A stretch of DNA of 64,000 nucleotides from Octopus vulgaris (Eukaryota). Of the stretch, positions 11,777 through 24,372 are shown piece by piece. The position numbers and the translations under genes were made by a program. The notes beneath the pieces are model-generated. The model worked only from the letters and a program-made list of their open reading frames with translations. It did not search any database and was not told the origin of the DNA. Position 1 is the first letter of the stretch. Every line of letters begins with the position of its first letter. The DNA lies in the NCBI GenBank assembly GCA_951406725.2, contig OX597824.1:90272001-90336000 (forward strand), written 5' to 3'.

Positions 11777-13680
11777 GTAAGTAAAGCACTTCATCATAAT
11801 CTTTACTTTCCTACTACCGACCCCTCTGTTTCTGCCCCCACACACCATCTGTTGAGGGGACCAGCTCTTACTTTCAGTAATGTCTCAGAGTAATTGACTC
11901 TTTTGTTGTTTAGCTTCTAATCTACTCAGATTGACATCCATCCATCCATTTGTTGTTCAGCTCTGATTCTATCCTGATCAAACGAGCCTATTGTCAGAAG
12001 CATTCCTTTTATGAGCACCCTGTCCTTGGGCATTTGTTTTCTGCTGTAGCTCTGGGGTGACCAAAGCCTAGAGAGTGGATTTTATAGGTGGAAACTCAAA
12101 GAAGTCTATTGTGCGGGCATGGCTGTGTGGTTAGGGAGCTTGCTTCCTAGCTACATGGTTTCGGGTTCAGTCCCACTGCGTGGCACTGTAGGTAGGTGTC
12201 TTCTGCTATAGCCCCGAGCCAACCGGAGCTTTGTGATTGAATTCGGTAGGTGGAAGTTACTGCCGTGTGTGTATATGTACGTGTAGGTGCTTGTGCCTCT
12301 CCGAAAGAGAGAGAGGGGTGTGTGTGTGTACCTTTATCTTGATATCATGCAGTGATTGTAAACAAGCATCACCCTCACCCAAGTGAAGCTGTTCTTGTAT
12401 GGAAAACCTGTTTGGCCACGGGGGAAATATTACTTTTCTTGCAAACAGGTGAGGGGTTGGCAACAAAATGGCCAGAGAAAATATGCCCCAACGAATTCCA
12501 TCTGAGTCATGCAACCATGGGACATTAGATGATGATGAGGGTAACTGTTTTTTTCATCTAAATACCCTTTTTTAGGGATTTAAGGAATATTTGACTGCTA
12601 TTTCTTGCAGGTCAAGTGACTGCATAGAGGGTCTTTCACTGGTATTGATATGAATTTTTAGGAAGGAGAACATGTAATCCATTAATCATATTTTAATCAT
12701 ATATTAATCCATTAATCATATTTTCCCCTCCTGAGAGGGGAAACTATGTAGTCTTTGAGATCTTAAAAATAAAAATGGACCAAGGTAATTCCCTCTTCTT
12801 CATCATCATTTAATGTCTGTTTTCCATGCTGGCATGGGTTGGATGGTTGGACAGGAGATGGCAAACCAGAGACCTACCCAGGTGCCATTTGTCTGCTTTG
12901 ACATGTTTCTACAGCTGAATGCCCTTCCTGATGCCAACCACTTTACAGAGTGGACTGGGAGCTTTTTAAGTGACACCAGCACAGGCGCTTTTAACATGGC
13001 ACGAACGTGGTTGTTGCCAGTGCTGCCTGACAGGATCCTGTGCCAGTAGCATGTACAAAGCACCATTTGAGCATGGTTGTTGCCAGTGCCACCTGACTGG
13101 CTCCTGTGCTGGTGGCACAAAAAACATCATTTGAGTGTGGTCAATTCCAGTACCACCTGACTGGCCCTTATGCTGGTGGCACGTAAAAAGCATGCACTGC
13201 ACTCTCGGAGTGGTTGCTGTTAGGAAGGGCATCCAGCTGTAGAAACTCTGCCAGATCAGATTGGAGCCTGGTGCAGCCTCCTGGCTTGCCAGCCCTCAGT
13301 TAAACCGTCCAACCCATGCCAGCATGGAAAACGGACGTTAAAAGATGATGATGATAGCCTGAATGTTTTTTATGTGACACCAGCACCAGTGGGGTCGCCA
13401 TGTAGCTAATTAGTTCCGTTAATCTTTAAACCAATGCAATGATCATGGTCGAAGCAGTTTTGATCTTAGATCTGTTTGACCAGGTTTGACCTGCAGGTAA
13501 ACAGCAACAATTGCATTTTGTAATGCTAATACTACAATGACCGTCCCAAGGTTTGGACTAATCACCTTACAGTCAGTATGTAATTCCTTATATAATCATC
13601 CTAGCCCCTGTTGGTAGCCTTAAAGCCTCTGCCCTTTGACCCCTTTATTCTCCTCCATTCACTCTCTTCTTTTTCCTCAG

Positions 13681-13763
13681 GTAGCTGAAATAATTGATGT
13701 TGTGGAAACCTTGAAAATATATCAACTTGGCTCAGCCCGAACAAATAAAGGTGTTCGACTTAG
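13681..13763 (+). CDS. RTF1: RTF1 exon ([28 protein letters not shown]), Plus3
   Basis: cctcag acceptor and GTAAGT donor, phase 0-2; conserved VAEI...YQLG..RTNKG. Confidence 0.96.
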
Positions 13764-15411
13764 GTAAGTAAATCCAAGAATGGTTGTGGTGGAGGTTGCA
13801 GTGTTGGTTAGCAATTAAATGCCAATGTTTCCTTCGTGGATGCATCCACTCAGGTAGAGTGCTGTGTTGGTGATCAGCAGGTCAGGCACTGCGCAGGTCT
13901 TTGGCATTAGATGACCGTTGCTGCTGCTATTGTTGTTGTTGTTGTTGTTAAGCAACAAGACGGGTAAGGGTGATTAGGTGATGGTCTAGGGCTTAGGGGC
14001 GGGAGACCCCAGACCTTGGAAAAAAAAAAACTTTGGTCGTCTTGTTGTAGTCGAGGGCTCTTCGTTGACACCCGACACCACTGGGAGGTGGCCCTCGAAG
14101 TCGCTGGAAATGGAGATCTCCAGGTCCAAATTCTTGAACGGCTGCTGCTGCTGCTCTTGTCAACTCTGTTTCTCCCGATGATTCCTTGCTTTCACTCCCA
14201 ATTGACCACAAGTGCCCGACCTGAGGCAGAGACTTATGTGTTTGCATCGGACTGATTGAGGGTGACATCCTTGGTCATTGTTGACAATGATGTACGCCGA
14301 GGACTGGCAAGCCAGAAGGCTGCACCAGGCTCCAATCTGATCTGGCAGAGTTTCTACAGCTGGATGCCCTTCCTAACACCAACTACTCTGAGAGTGTAGT
14401 GGGTGTTTTTACGTGCCACTGGCACGAGGGCCAGTTAGACGATTCTGGCAACGACCATGCTCAAATGGTGTTTTTTACGTGCCACTGGCACGAAGGCCAG
14501 TCAGATGGTTCTGGCAACGACTATACTTGAATGTTGCTTTTCACGTGTTGTTATGGTGAATAATAATAATAATAATAATGATGATGATGATGGCAGTAAT
14601 GTTTGATGGGTTGTACAGTTGTATGACAGACGTGATTGTTGTTGTTATTGTGATGTTGGTGTGGTTGATTGTGGTGGTGGTGGCAGTGATGTGATATTCA
14701 TGGCCGTGTTGTTGTAGTTATGTGGTGTGAGGTGGTGTCTGTGCAATGAGTGATGGTTTTGTAGATATAGGTAACAATGAGCTGTTGGACCCAGCGTTGC
14801 TTGTGTTTTCCAGGCTGAAGTTAAGCACACCTCTGACCTTGTATTGAATAAGCATTTCCTTAGAGACTATTCTATCGATTTTGTTGAAATTTTACATGTG
14901 AAAAAAATGCAAAAGCTGCAAGGAAAATAACATTGTTAGTGGAATTTCCATTCAAACACCTGATCGAGCTCACAAAAATTGATGCCAACTGAGCATTATA
15001 GAGTTTTCGAAAAATTCCAGCCTTATTTGAACTTTAGGGACACATGATCTACCTATGTGCCAAAAATCATTAAAATCGGTTGGACAGTGTGGGAGGAGTT
15101 AGAGTAAACCCCCAAACAGAAACACAGACAGACACCATTAGACATTTATGTGTACAGATGTATCAAAGGGGTTACGATGGTAGGGGTTGATGTGTGGGAG
15201 TCTGGCTGCTATTTCTAGCAGACCGAGCAATTATGTAGGGGCACCCTCATTGTTTCATGATCATTGCTGCTGGTGAGGGTGATGATGCATTGATGAGAGT
15301 ATTTTTGTTTCTTTTACTTGAAAATCTCACCAGTCCAGTCCAGTCCAGTCCAGTCTAGTCCAGTCCATTGCTGTCCACTTTAGTTATTCTTCATTTCTTT
15401 CCTTTGAGCAG

Positions 15412-15607
15412 ACATGGAAGCGCTGAACGAGTGTACAGGCTAGAGTTTGTATCGAATCAAGACTTCACAGAATCGGAATTCTTCAAATGGAAAGAAGCAA
15501 TGGCTCATGCAGGCATGACGTTACCGACCCGAGATGAAGTAGAGAAGAAGATCTCAGACATAAACAATGCCTTCAACTACAAATTCAAAGATAACGACAT
15601 TGAAGAG
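15412..15607 (+). CDS. RTF1: RTF1 exon ([30 protein letters not shown]...DIEE), Plus3 end
   Basis: Conserved [15 protein letters not shown] motif; phase 2-0. Confidence 0.97.
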
Positions 15608-16457
15608 GTACGTCTTCCTCATTTGCAGCATTTATTAATTAAGCTTGTGTTTTTTTACTTCTTTTACAGGTTACTCACTCTGCTGGGTGGTCGGAGTTGG
15701 GAACGACATCCAGTCATTAAAAACCGTGCCAAAACAGACACAGAAGTCTGGTGCAGGTTCCTGGCTTTGCCAGCTCCTATTTTTTTATTACCCACAAGGG
15801 GCTAAACACAGAGGGGACAGACATAGGTATTAAGTCGAATACATCGACTCCAGTGTGTAACTGGTACTTAATTTATCGACCCCGAAAGGATGAAAAGCTA
15901 ATTCGACTTTGGCGGAATTTGAACTCACAACGTAACAGCAGACGAAATACCGCTAAGCATTTTGCCCGGCGTGCTAACGTTTCTGCCAGCTCCTGTCAAA
16001 CTTTCCAACCCAAAGCAATATCTGGAGCCAACATTTACACATTTATATACTCTTATATAAATGGAAAGCGGACGTTAAACCATGATGGTGATAATGATGA
16101 CTCAGTGACCCCATAAATGCTGGTGGCATGAAAAAACAGCACTCGTTACATTCTGTAAAGGGTGACCGGCCTTAGAAATTATGCAAAGTTGACATTTGTA
16201 CTTGGCACGGCCCTGTGGCTTGCTGGATCCAGTTAAGCTGTCCAGCCCATACCAGGATTAAAAAAAAAAGGACATTAAACGATGATGATGATGACTGAAA
16301 AAGATAAAAGATATTGGTTAGAAAGGGTGGTTTTGTGGAGGCTGATGTTTGATGAGTTTTCTTGTATCATCATTTTTCATTTATGGAAATTGATGGCTTA
16401 TGAAAAGAGGAGAAAACAGCATTTGTTTTATTTGTATTATTTTGTTTTTCATTCCAG

Positions 16458-16535
16458 ATTGTAGCTGAGAAACAGAAGTTTAAGAAAAACCCCCACAACT
16501 ATGCCATGAGGAAAACCCTTTTAATGAAGCAGAGG
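16458..16535 (+). CDS. RTF1: RTF1 exon (IVAEKQKFKKNPHNYAMRKTLLMKQR)
   Basis: ttccag acceptor and GTAAGT donor, phase 0-0; NYAM motif. Confidence 0.96.
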
Positions 16536-17514
16536 GTAAGTTATTTTATGTGTCTGTGTTTTGATTACTTTTCCTATAAAAAGGTCTGGGTGTAATATAC
16601 TAAAGCTATGTCCCTTGTGTGGATATTTGTAGCTACATTGGGGCAAAGTGCTTGCTTCTGGAAACATCCCAGTAACAGAAGGGGTGATTAGGTTTGTCTC
16701 TCTGCACTACCTTCAACCAGTGGCAAGAAAACCGAATCGATATTTTGCCAATTGTGACCGCTGCTGGCTTCCTTGGATATTACCGTTTCATTTGGATATG
16801 AAAGAATCTATCGGCGCTGTCTTTTGTTAAAGGGAAATACTTCAGAGGCAGCTGACACTCAGTGAACGAGAGGTTGTGTATGTGTTTGTGTGTGTGTTTT
16901 TGTATCTCTTTATCTTGACGTCACATGATATTTGTTAGCAAGTAACAAAACATTTGAGCGAGGTCGTTGCCAGTGCCGCTAGACTGACTCCCGTGCCAGT
17001 GGCACGTAAAAAGCACCATGCAAATGTGGTTGATACAAGTGCCCCCTGACTGGTTCCCATACCGGTGGCATGTAAAAGCACCCACTACACTCTTGGAGTG
17101 GTTGGCGTTACGAAGGGCATCCAGCTGTAGAAACTCTGCCAAATCAGATTGGAGCCTGGTGCAGCCATCTGGTTTGCCAGACCTCAGTCAAAATCGTCCA
17201 ACTCATGCTAGCATGGAAAGCGAACGTTAAATGATTAAATGATGATATCACTGTCGTGTAAATAGTGTCATTTGTTTCCAGTCCAGATTTGGCTGCTATT
17301 TCGATCAGGTTGAGTGACCATACAGAAAACTCATTGGCTAGGCATCGTCATCAGCAGCAGCAGCATCTATTTTTCATGCTGGCATGGGTTGGACGGTTTA
17401 ACAGGATCTGGCAAGCTCTAAGGCTGTGTCGAGCACCATTGTTGGCTTTGGCATGGTTTTTATGGCTGGACGATGCCATTCCTAATGCCAGCCGCTTTAA
17501 AGTTTTAGACTTAA

Positions 17515-17910
17515 CAGCAGTATCGCCTGGCGTTGCTCGGGTTTGTAAGGGAAATAACTATATAAGCATTTTTAGAGATGTAAAGTATAATAGCCATCTC
17601 AATATGGCTAACCACAAAGGGGGGGGTGTTACTGTAGCTTTTTACGTTCTGAGATTTAATAAAAATTTTTTAGAGAGTTACTTCCCTTATATATGCCAAA
17701 AATGCATTAAAAATGGGAAAAATTGATGGTAAATTTTTTTTAAAATCATAGACTCATCGTAGACGCGTGCTAATACCCAGAAGGGCTCGATATGAATCAC
17801 GACTATAAGATACCTGGTTTTGGTTACACTGCACCGCAAAATGTGGGAGTAGTTAGGAATCTAAATCGTAGGAGACAGACAGCACACAACCTCACTTTTA
17901 TATATAAAGA
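17515..17910 (-). mobile_element. Non-autonomous Helitron-like element
   Basis: Minus strand begins A|TCTTTATATATAAAAG and ends with a CCCGAGCAACGCCAGG hairpin and a degenerate CTAG. Confidence 0.55.
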
Positions 17911-18318
17911 TTACTATCATTAGTATAATGGTGATGGTGGTGATGATGATGATGATGATGGTAGTGATAATTGGTACACATGGGATTAGAACTGGTGATC
18001 ATATCGGAATTATGTTGATGTTAGTGTTGCCGCTGCTGCTGTTGTTGTTAAGCAACAAGACGGGTGAGGGTGATTTCACTGCGTCCGTTCTGTGGGTTGG
18101 GAGACGTCTGGCAGAATTTGGACCTAGAAATCTACATTTTCAGCCACTTCGAGGGCCACCTCCCAGTGGTGTCGGCCGTCAACGAAGAAGCCCTCAACTA
18201 CAACAAGACGACCAAAGTTTTTTTTTTTTTTTTTTTCCCAAGGTCGGGGTCTCCCACCTCTGCTGCTGCTGATGGTGGTGCTTACATTGTATTTTTGTTT
18301 GTTTTTGCTGCTGTGTAG

Positions 18319-18440
18319 GATCAGGCAGAAGTGGAAGGTCTGAAGGACAAGGCCAAAGATCTGAATAAACAAATTGAGGAATTGGAGGAAAGGGCCACAG
18401 AGCTTGACCGACGTCGTACCAGTAACATCAACTCCATCAG
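18319..18440 (+). CDS. RTF1: RTF1 exon (DQAEVEGLKDKAKDL...ELEERATELDRRRTSNINSIS)
   Basis: AG acceptor and GTCGGT donor, phase 0-2; ELEERA..LDR.RT.NI motif. Confidence 0.95.
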
Positions 18441-18645
18441 GTCGGTCACTGCTTTTGTAAACTGTTCATATCTCTTTATCTCTCTCTCTCGACCAGGATA
18501 ACCTCAAGCAGTTTCTTTCAATTGTGTTGGGTTGGTCACTGGTTTATATATTGTCTAATTCCACATTCTGTCTCCTGTTATGGCACTGTGTGTCTGTTCT
18601 CTCTCTTGCACATAAATATGTACATACTTGCCTATATAGAAACAC

Positions 18646-19030
18646 GTGGAGGCGCAATGGCCCAGTGGTTAGGGCAGCGGACTCGTGGTCGTAGGATCGC
18701 GGTTTCGATTCCCAGACCGGGTGTTGTGAGTGTTTATTGAGCGAAAACACCTAAAAAGCTCCACAAGGCTCCGGCAGGGATGGTGGTGATCCCTGCTGTA
18801 CTCTTTCACCACAACTTTCTCTCACTCTTACTTCCTGTTTCTGTTGTACCTGTATTTCAAAGGGCCGGCCTTGTCACTCTCTGCGTCACGCTGAATATCC
18901 CTGAGAACTACGTTAAGGGTGCACGTGTCTGTGGAGTGCTCAGCCACTTACACGTTAATTTCACGAACAGGCTGTTCCGTTGATTCGGATCAACCGGAAC
19001 CCTCGCCGTCGTAACCGACGGAGTGCTTCC
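18646..19030 (+). mobile_element. tRNA-derived SINE family C; same head at 34330-34680, 39253-39630 and reversed at ~28060-28210
   Basis: A box TGGCCCAGTGG, B box GTTTCGATTCCC; repeated copies. Confidence 0.82.
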
Positions 19031-19779
19031 ATCATATAGAAACACACACACACACACACCTTCTCTCTCTGTCTCTCTCTCTTTCTCAGTTATTTGAGTG
19101 CAAAAAATGTTACTTTTGTACTAGATCAAGGCGGTGAGTTGGTGGAAACGTTAGCATGCCAGGCGAAATGCTTAGCAGTATTTCATCTGCCACTACATTC
19201 TGAGTTCAAATTCCGCAGAGGTCGACTTTGCCTTTCATCCTTTCGGGGTCGATAAATTAAGTACCAGTTACGCACTGGGGTCGATGTAATCGACTTAATA
19301 CCTACGTCTGTCCTTGTTTGTCCCATCTATGTTTAGCCCCTTGTGGGTAATAAAGAAATAGGTATTTCGTCTGCCGCTACGTTCTGAGTTCAAATTCCGC
19401 CGAGATCGACTTTGCCTTTCATCCTTTCGGGGTCGATAAATTAAGTACCAGTTACGGACTGGGGTCGATGTAATTGACTTAAACCCAAGGTCTGTCCTTG
19501 TTTGTCCCCTCTATGTTTAGCCCCTTGTGGGCAATAAAGAAATTAAAATAATCAAGTGCCTCAAGTAGAATTTGAACATGCAATGTTTGGATCAGCAGTT
19601 TAGCTCCACCAGCATCTGACCTTTTATTTTCAAAGCAAAATCTGGAGCCAACATTTACACATTTATATACTCTTACAACTGCCAGTATGTCCATGTCAAC
19701 CAATACACACACACACAGTCAAAATACCGTCAAAATACATATACAGTCAACACAAACATCCTGTCAATTCACTTAAACA

Positions 19780-20193
19780 AGATCCTTTTGGTTTGACCGG
19801 CAGTTTTTTCTAGCGGTGTCATATGAAATTGTCACCCATAATTATGACTCTAGTATCGATCTATTGCATTTCAATCTGTTTTAGGGTTAGGGGTGGGGGG
19901 AAGGGTATCTTTTTTCTTCACAAATGTAAATAAAGCCAATCTGTTTCTTAAACGAGGGCCATATTCATACTGCACAGAATGTTTTTTACCTCTATAGAAG
20001 TCATTGATTGGTTGAAATTGCAGAAATTGAAGAAGAAAAAAATAACAAATATCTGACAAACTATAGAATTTTCTCAATAAAACCAAGAGAAAAAGATGTT
20101 TTATAAACACATTCTACCAGTATACGAAATTAAAAATTTTTTTAGTTACCTAGAAATTATTTTAAAAAACTGCCGTTCAAACCGAAAAGATCC
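19780..20193. mobile_element. MITE, Merlin-like
   Basis: TIR (G)GATCTTTTCGGTTTGAACGGCAGTTTTTT; perfect 8-bp TSD CTTAAACA at 19772-79 and 20194-201. Confidence 0.8.
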
Positions 20194-20236
20194 CTTAAAC
20201 ACAGACTCAGATGCTTGAACAGAAAATTTTCTCTTA

Positions 20237-20465
20237 CATCATCATCATCATCATTGTTCGACCGTGGTCGAGACAATGGAATTTACCATGCTACGCCATC
20301 TTCACGGTCCATCATGGCATTACGGAGGTCCTGTTGCTGGATGCCTGTATCCCTGGAGATTACATCAGGGTAGGAGAGTGTGCGCCCTCTGGTATTGCAA
20401 GCAGATGGCTTCCAGAAGAGGAGAGTAGAAATTATCTCTTTTTCAGCTCTACAACAATGTCAATC
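20237..20465 (-). mobile_element. RTE-clade LINE 3' end (second family) with (GAT)n tail
   Basis: Minus translation HCCRAEKEIISTLLFWKP...RGRTLSYPDVISRDTG...DLRNAMMDR. Confidence 0.65.
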
Positions 20466-20564
20466 CTACGTCAATCTTGAATGTTCTTGAAATATTTTTC
20501 TTTAGCTGTTTTCAATTTGTAATTAATTCTGTAACCACTTAATTACTGTTGTTCTCTCTTTTAG

Positions 20565-20700
20565 TTACATTAACCAACGCAACAGGGAAAGAAACATGAT
20601 TGAAGCGGAGAAGGCAGCGATCGTGGAAGGAGAGGCTGCCCGCAAGGCCGAGGCAGATCCTTTCACCCGTCGAGCTTGTCGGCCCAGTTTAGTTACAAAA
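20565..20700 (+). CDS. RTF1: RTF1 exon (YINQRNRERNMIEAEKA...DPFTRRACRPSLVTK)
   Basis: YINQRNR and DPFTRR motifs; phase 2-0. Confidence 0.96.
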
Positions 20701-20940
20701 GTAAGTTTCTCTCTCTCTTGTACCAATACTCTTTTACTCTTTTCAGTTATTTGACTGTGGCCATGCTGGAGCACTGCCTTTAGTCGAGTCGAGCAAATTG
20801 ACCCCGGGACTTATTCTTTTGTAAGCCTAGTACTTATTCTATCGGTCTCTTTTGCCGAACCGCTAAGTGACGGGGACGTAAACATACAACCATCGTTTTT
20901 CAAGCAATGTTGAGGGGACAAACACACACACACACATACA

Positions 20941-21015
<75 letters not shown>

Positions 21016-21750
21016 TCTTTTACTCTTTTACTTGTTTCAGTCATTTGACTGCAGCCATGCTGGAGCACCGTCTTTAGTCGAGCAACTCGACTCCGGGACT
21101 TATTCTTTGTAAGCCTAGTACTTATTTTATCGGTTTCTTTTGCCAAACCACTAAGTTACGGGGACATAAACACACCAGCACCGGTTGTCAAGCGATGTTG
21201 GGGGACAAACATATACACACACATACATACACATATATATGTATATACGTATATACGACGGGCTTCTTTCAGTTTCCATCTACCAAATCCACTCACAAGG
21301 CTTAGGTCGGCCCGAGGCTATAGTAGAAGACACTTGCCCAAGGTGCCATGCAGTGGGAATGAACCCGGAACCATGTGGTTGGTAAGCAAGCTACTTACCA
21401 CACACCCACTCCTGCACCTACAATTAATTTTTTTCCATCAAATCAAAATTTTATTATCAACATATTTTTATAGGAAGAAAAGAAAGATAAAAAGAAGCAT
21501 TAAAAATATGAAAGACTAAATTGAGAGAAAGAATCAGCCTTAATTACCTCATCAAAGAAACGGTAAAAAAGGGGTTGGATTAAGTAGCAGAAGATGGGGG
21601 GAGGGAGTAGTGGGGTGTATGCTCTTAATGACAAAAGAGATTGTTTTTTTTTTTTTTGTTTTATTTCAATGTTCTTCTTTCTGACTTTAGACTTCTTGTT
21701 TGATGCCAGCTTCCACCTTTTTTTAATTAAATGTTGTTCTCTCCTTGCAG

Positions 21751-21828
21751 GTCCGTGACCCGGAGATTTCATCAATAATAAAAGCAAAAGTAGCAGAAGT
21801 CAAAGCCGCAGAAGAGAAAAAGAAACGA
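21751..21828 (+). CDS. RTF1: RTF1 exon (VRDPEISSIIKAKVAEVKAAEEKKKR)
   Basis: ccttgcag acceptor and GTGAGT donor, phase 0-0; RDP motif follows as in other RTF1s. Confidence 0.88.
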
Positions 21829-22148
21829 GTGAGTGACTTGACCATGTCCTTGTTTGATTGTTTATAGTGTTGTTGTTGTTTAGCCACAGGTCAGCTGGGA
21901 TCCATCAGATATACGATCCAAGGCATTCCCTATTTAACCATATGCCTGTTGGGATCCTCCCCCTATTGGGAGTTTTTTTACTTGTTAAATTTCTCTTGAT
22001 ATCATACGTTTACAGGGACCTTTTTTTTTTTCGCAAAACCCTTTGTTTTTATCGTCCTGTGTTTGTCCTTTCATATTTTTGATTCTATATTAGCCCTTGC
22101 GGCCAATAAAACCAGAATTAATCATTATTATTACTTTATCCCCATCAG

Positions 22149-22193
22149 GAATCAGAAGAAAACGGAGGAGAAGCTGCTGTAGAATCAAAACAG
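22149..22193 (+). CDS. RTF1: RTF1 45-nt exon (ESEENGGEAAVESKQ)
   Basis: cccatcag acceptor and GTGAGT donor, phase 0-0, purine-rich; no recognised homology. Confidence 0.72.
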
Positions 22194-24242
22194 GTGAGTA
22201 GTGATCCTTCATCCATCTTCATTACATTACAACATTTGAACGACATACCCGGGTAGCTCTCTCTCCTCCTTCTTCCTCCTCCTCCTGGCGGCAGGTATTT
22301 AAAGGGAAAAAATTTGACAAGTCAGTCAGTCACCGGCTGACATTCACTGATGATACATCGAAGAGGCCAGGGAACAGAAGAAAGAAGACATGCACCCAAC
22401 ACCAGAGCTGAAGACACTTCCAAAAGGGGGGGGCCCCGCCAAAACAGTAGAGGAGTAGGGGCTGAAACCGGACGTGGTTCCTCCTGATGATGTCTTGAGT
22501 TAACTGGATCCTATAAAGGAGCTGTTGAGGTAGCAGACCACGAAACACGGTTGTAATTCCTCAGGCAAAGCTGTTTAATCGTCTGAGTCGCTTCTTACTA
22601 CTTCACCCTACCACTTCAGTTATTGATGTCTCAATAACGAAGGTGACCCCACATATTATTTTGGTCAGTCCTAGCAGCTGTCCCTTAGTTGTTATTTTGC
22701 CAACTATCTAAATTACTACTAATCTGGGGTCAATTCACTCTAATTAACTACCCCCTATTTTAAACTCTCTGCCTTTCAGCATCTCTTAAGAAAAGATTAT
22801 TATCTTTGGATTGACAGAATCTTGAGATTGTCAGACAAAATGTCATCTTGCTGTATTTCGTACATTATGAGTTCAAATCTGGCCATGGTCAACTTAGCCT
22901 TTCACTCTTTTTGGGTTGATAAAATAAAGTACCAGCTGAGTATTGGGGGTCAATTTGACTAAACTGTCCTGCAAATTGACTTTGTGCTTAAATCCATTAA
23001 AAGTGGTCAGCTGGTAGAAACATTAGCATGCCGCACAAAATGCATAGTGATATTTCTTCCAGATTTTATGTTCAGAGTTCAAATGTCACCAAAGTCGACT
23101 TTGCCTTTTATCCTCTTGGGGCTGAGAAAACAAGTATCAGTTGCGTCTCCTTTGCCGGTGGCACGTAAAAAGCATCCACAACACTCAGAGTGGTTGGAAT
23201 TAAGAAGCGCATCCAGCTGTAGAAATTTTGAGAATAAGATTGGAGCCTGGTGCAGCCTTCCGGCTTGCCAGTCCTCAGTCGAACCGTCCAACCCATGCCT
23301 GCATGGAAAACAGACGTTAAACGACGACGATGATGATGATGTGTACTGGAGTCGCTGCTGACAACTAGCCACTTCCGCCCTTGTGCTTAGGGTAAAAATT
23401 ATTATTTTCAGTGAGCTAGAATTGCTCATAAACACCATGCTTTTGGTATTTGACCTTAAAATAATAATAATGATAATGATAATAATAAGAGAGTATTGTA
23501 GTTCGCTTGAAGCATTGTGTATTGTTTATGAAATATAATAACGTGTCTTGGATGGCACAACAATGCAGAGTGGACTATAATAGCTGTTAAAATTTAATTA
23601 TTCATAGTCTGATATATTTTGGAATATAAAAATTCCTTCTTCAGATATTGCTAGGAATTGATCAAGTATCGTTGGGAATAATAATAATAATATTTTAATT
23701 AGTGTTTGGACTATGATTATGTTGGGACACTGCTTACCAACGGTTTTTGAGTAAAACGTATTGCTTCTAATATTTTGGCTCCAATTTTGTTGATGCCAAA
23801 ATTGACAAAAACGGTTCAAGACAATCCCCAGTTAAAGGGACATAACTCAGACTACCTACTCCAAAGTACTGTTGCTGAATATCTCTCGTTGTGAGATTTA
23901 TAAATAGTAATTTTCTAAAGGAAGTTTCGTTCAAACATCCTTTGCTGTCACTGACACAAACGCAGTTCTCATTGCTAGTCCTCAGTCGAACCGTCCAACC
24001 CATGCCAGCATGGAAAGCGGACGTTAAACGATGATGATGATGTGCACTGGGGTTACTGCTGTCAACTAGCCACTTCTACCCTTGTGCCTAGGGTAGAAAT
24101 TATTATTTTCAGTGAGCCAGAATTGTTCATACACCCCATGTGTTTGGGAATCAAACGTTTTGACCAGACAGCCATTGTGCTTTAAGCTTTTTGCTAAGAA
24201 GTTCCTCTCAGTAGCCAAGACATTTCTACGTTTCTCTTGCAG

Positions 24243-24372
24243 AATCCTGTTCCTGTGGACAAGGACAAAGATAAACCAGATGTAAAGAATGCTCCAGAAC
24301 GACGAGATTCAGAAGATCTTTATGCTGTACATGATTTCGATATCAAAATAGACTTAGAAGTGCCCATGTCAG
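24243..24372 (+). CDS. RTF1: RTF1 exon (NPVPVDKDKDK...SEDLYAVHDFDIKIDLEVPMS)
   Basis: SEDLxxVHDFDxKIDL motif; phase 0-1. Confidence 0.95.

Noticed and set aside
18646-18722. tRNA gene
   Set aside because: The tRNA-like head continues into a repeated SINE body and lacks a clean cloverleaf and terminator
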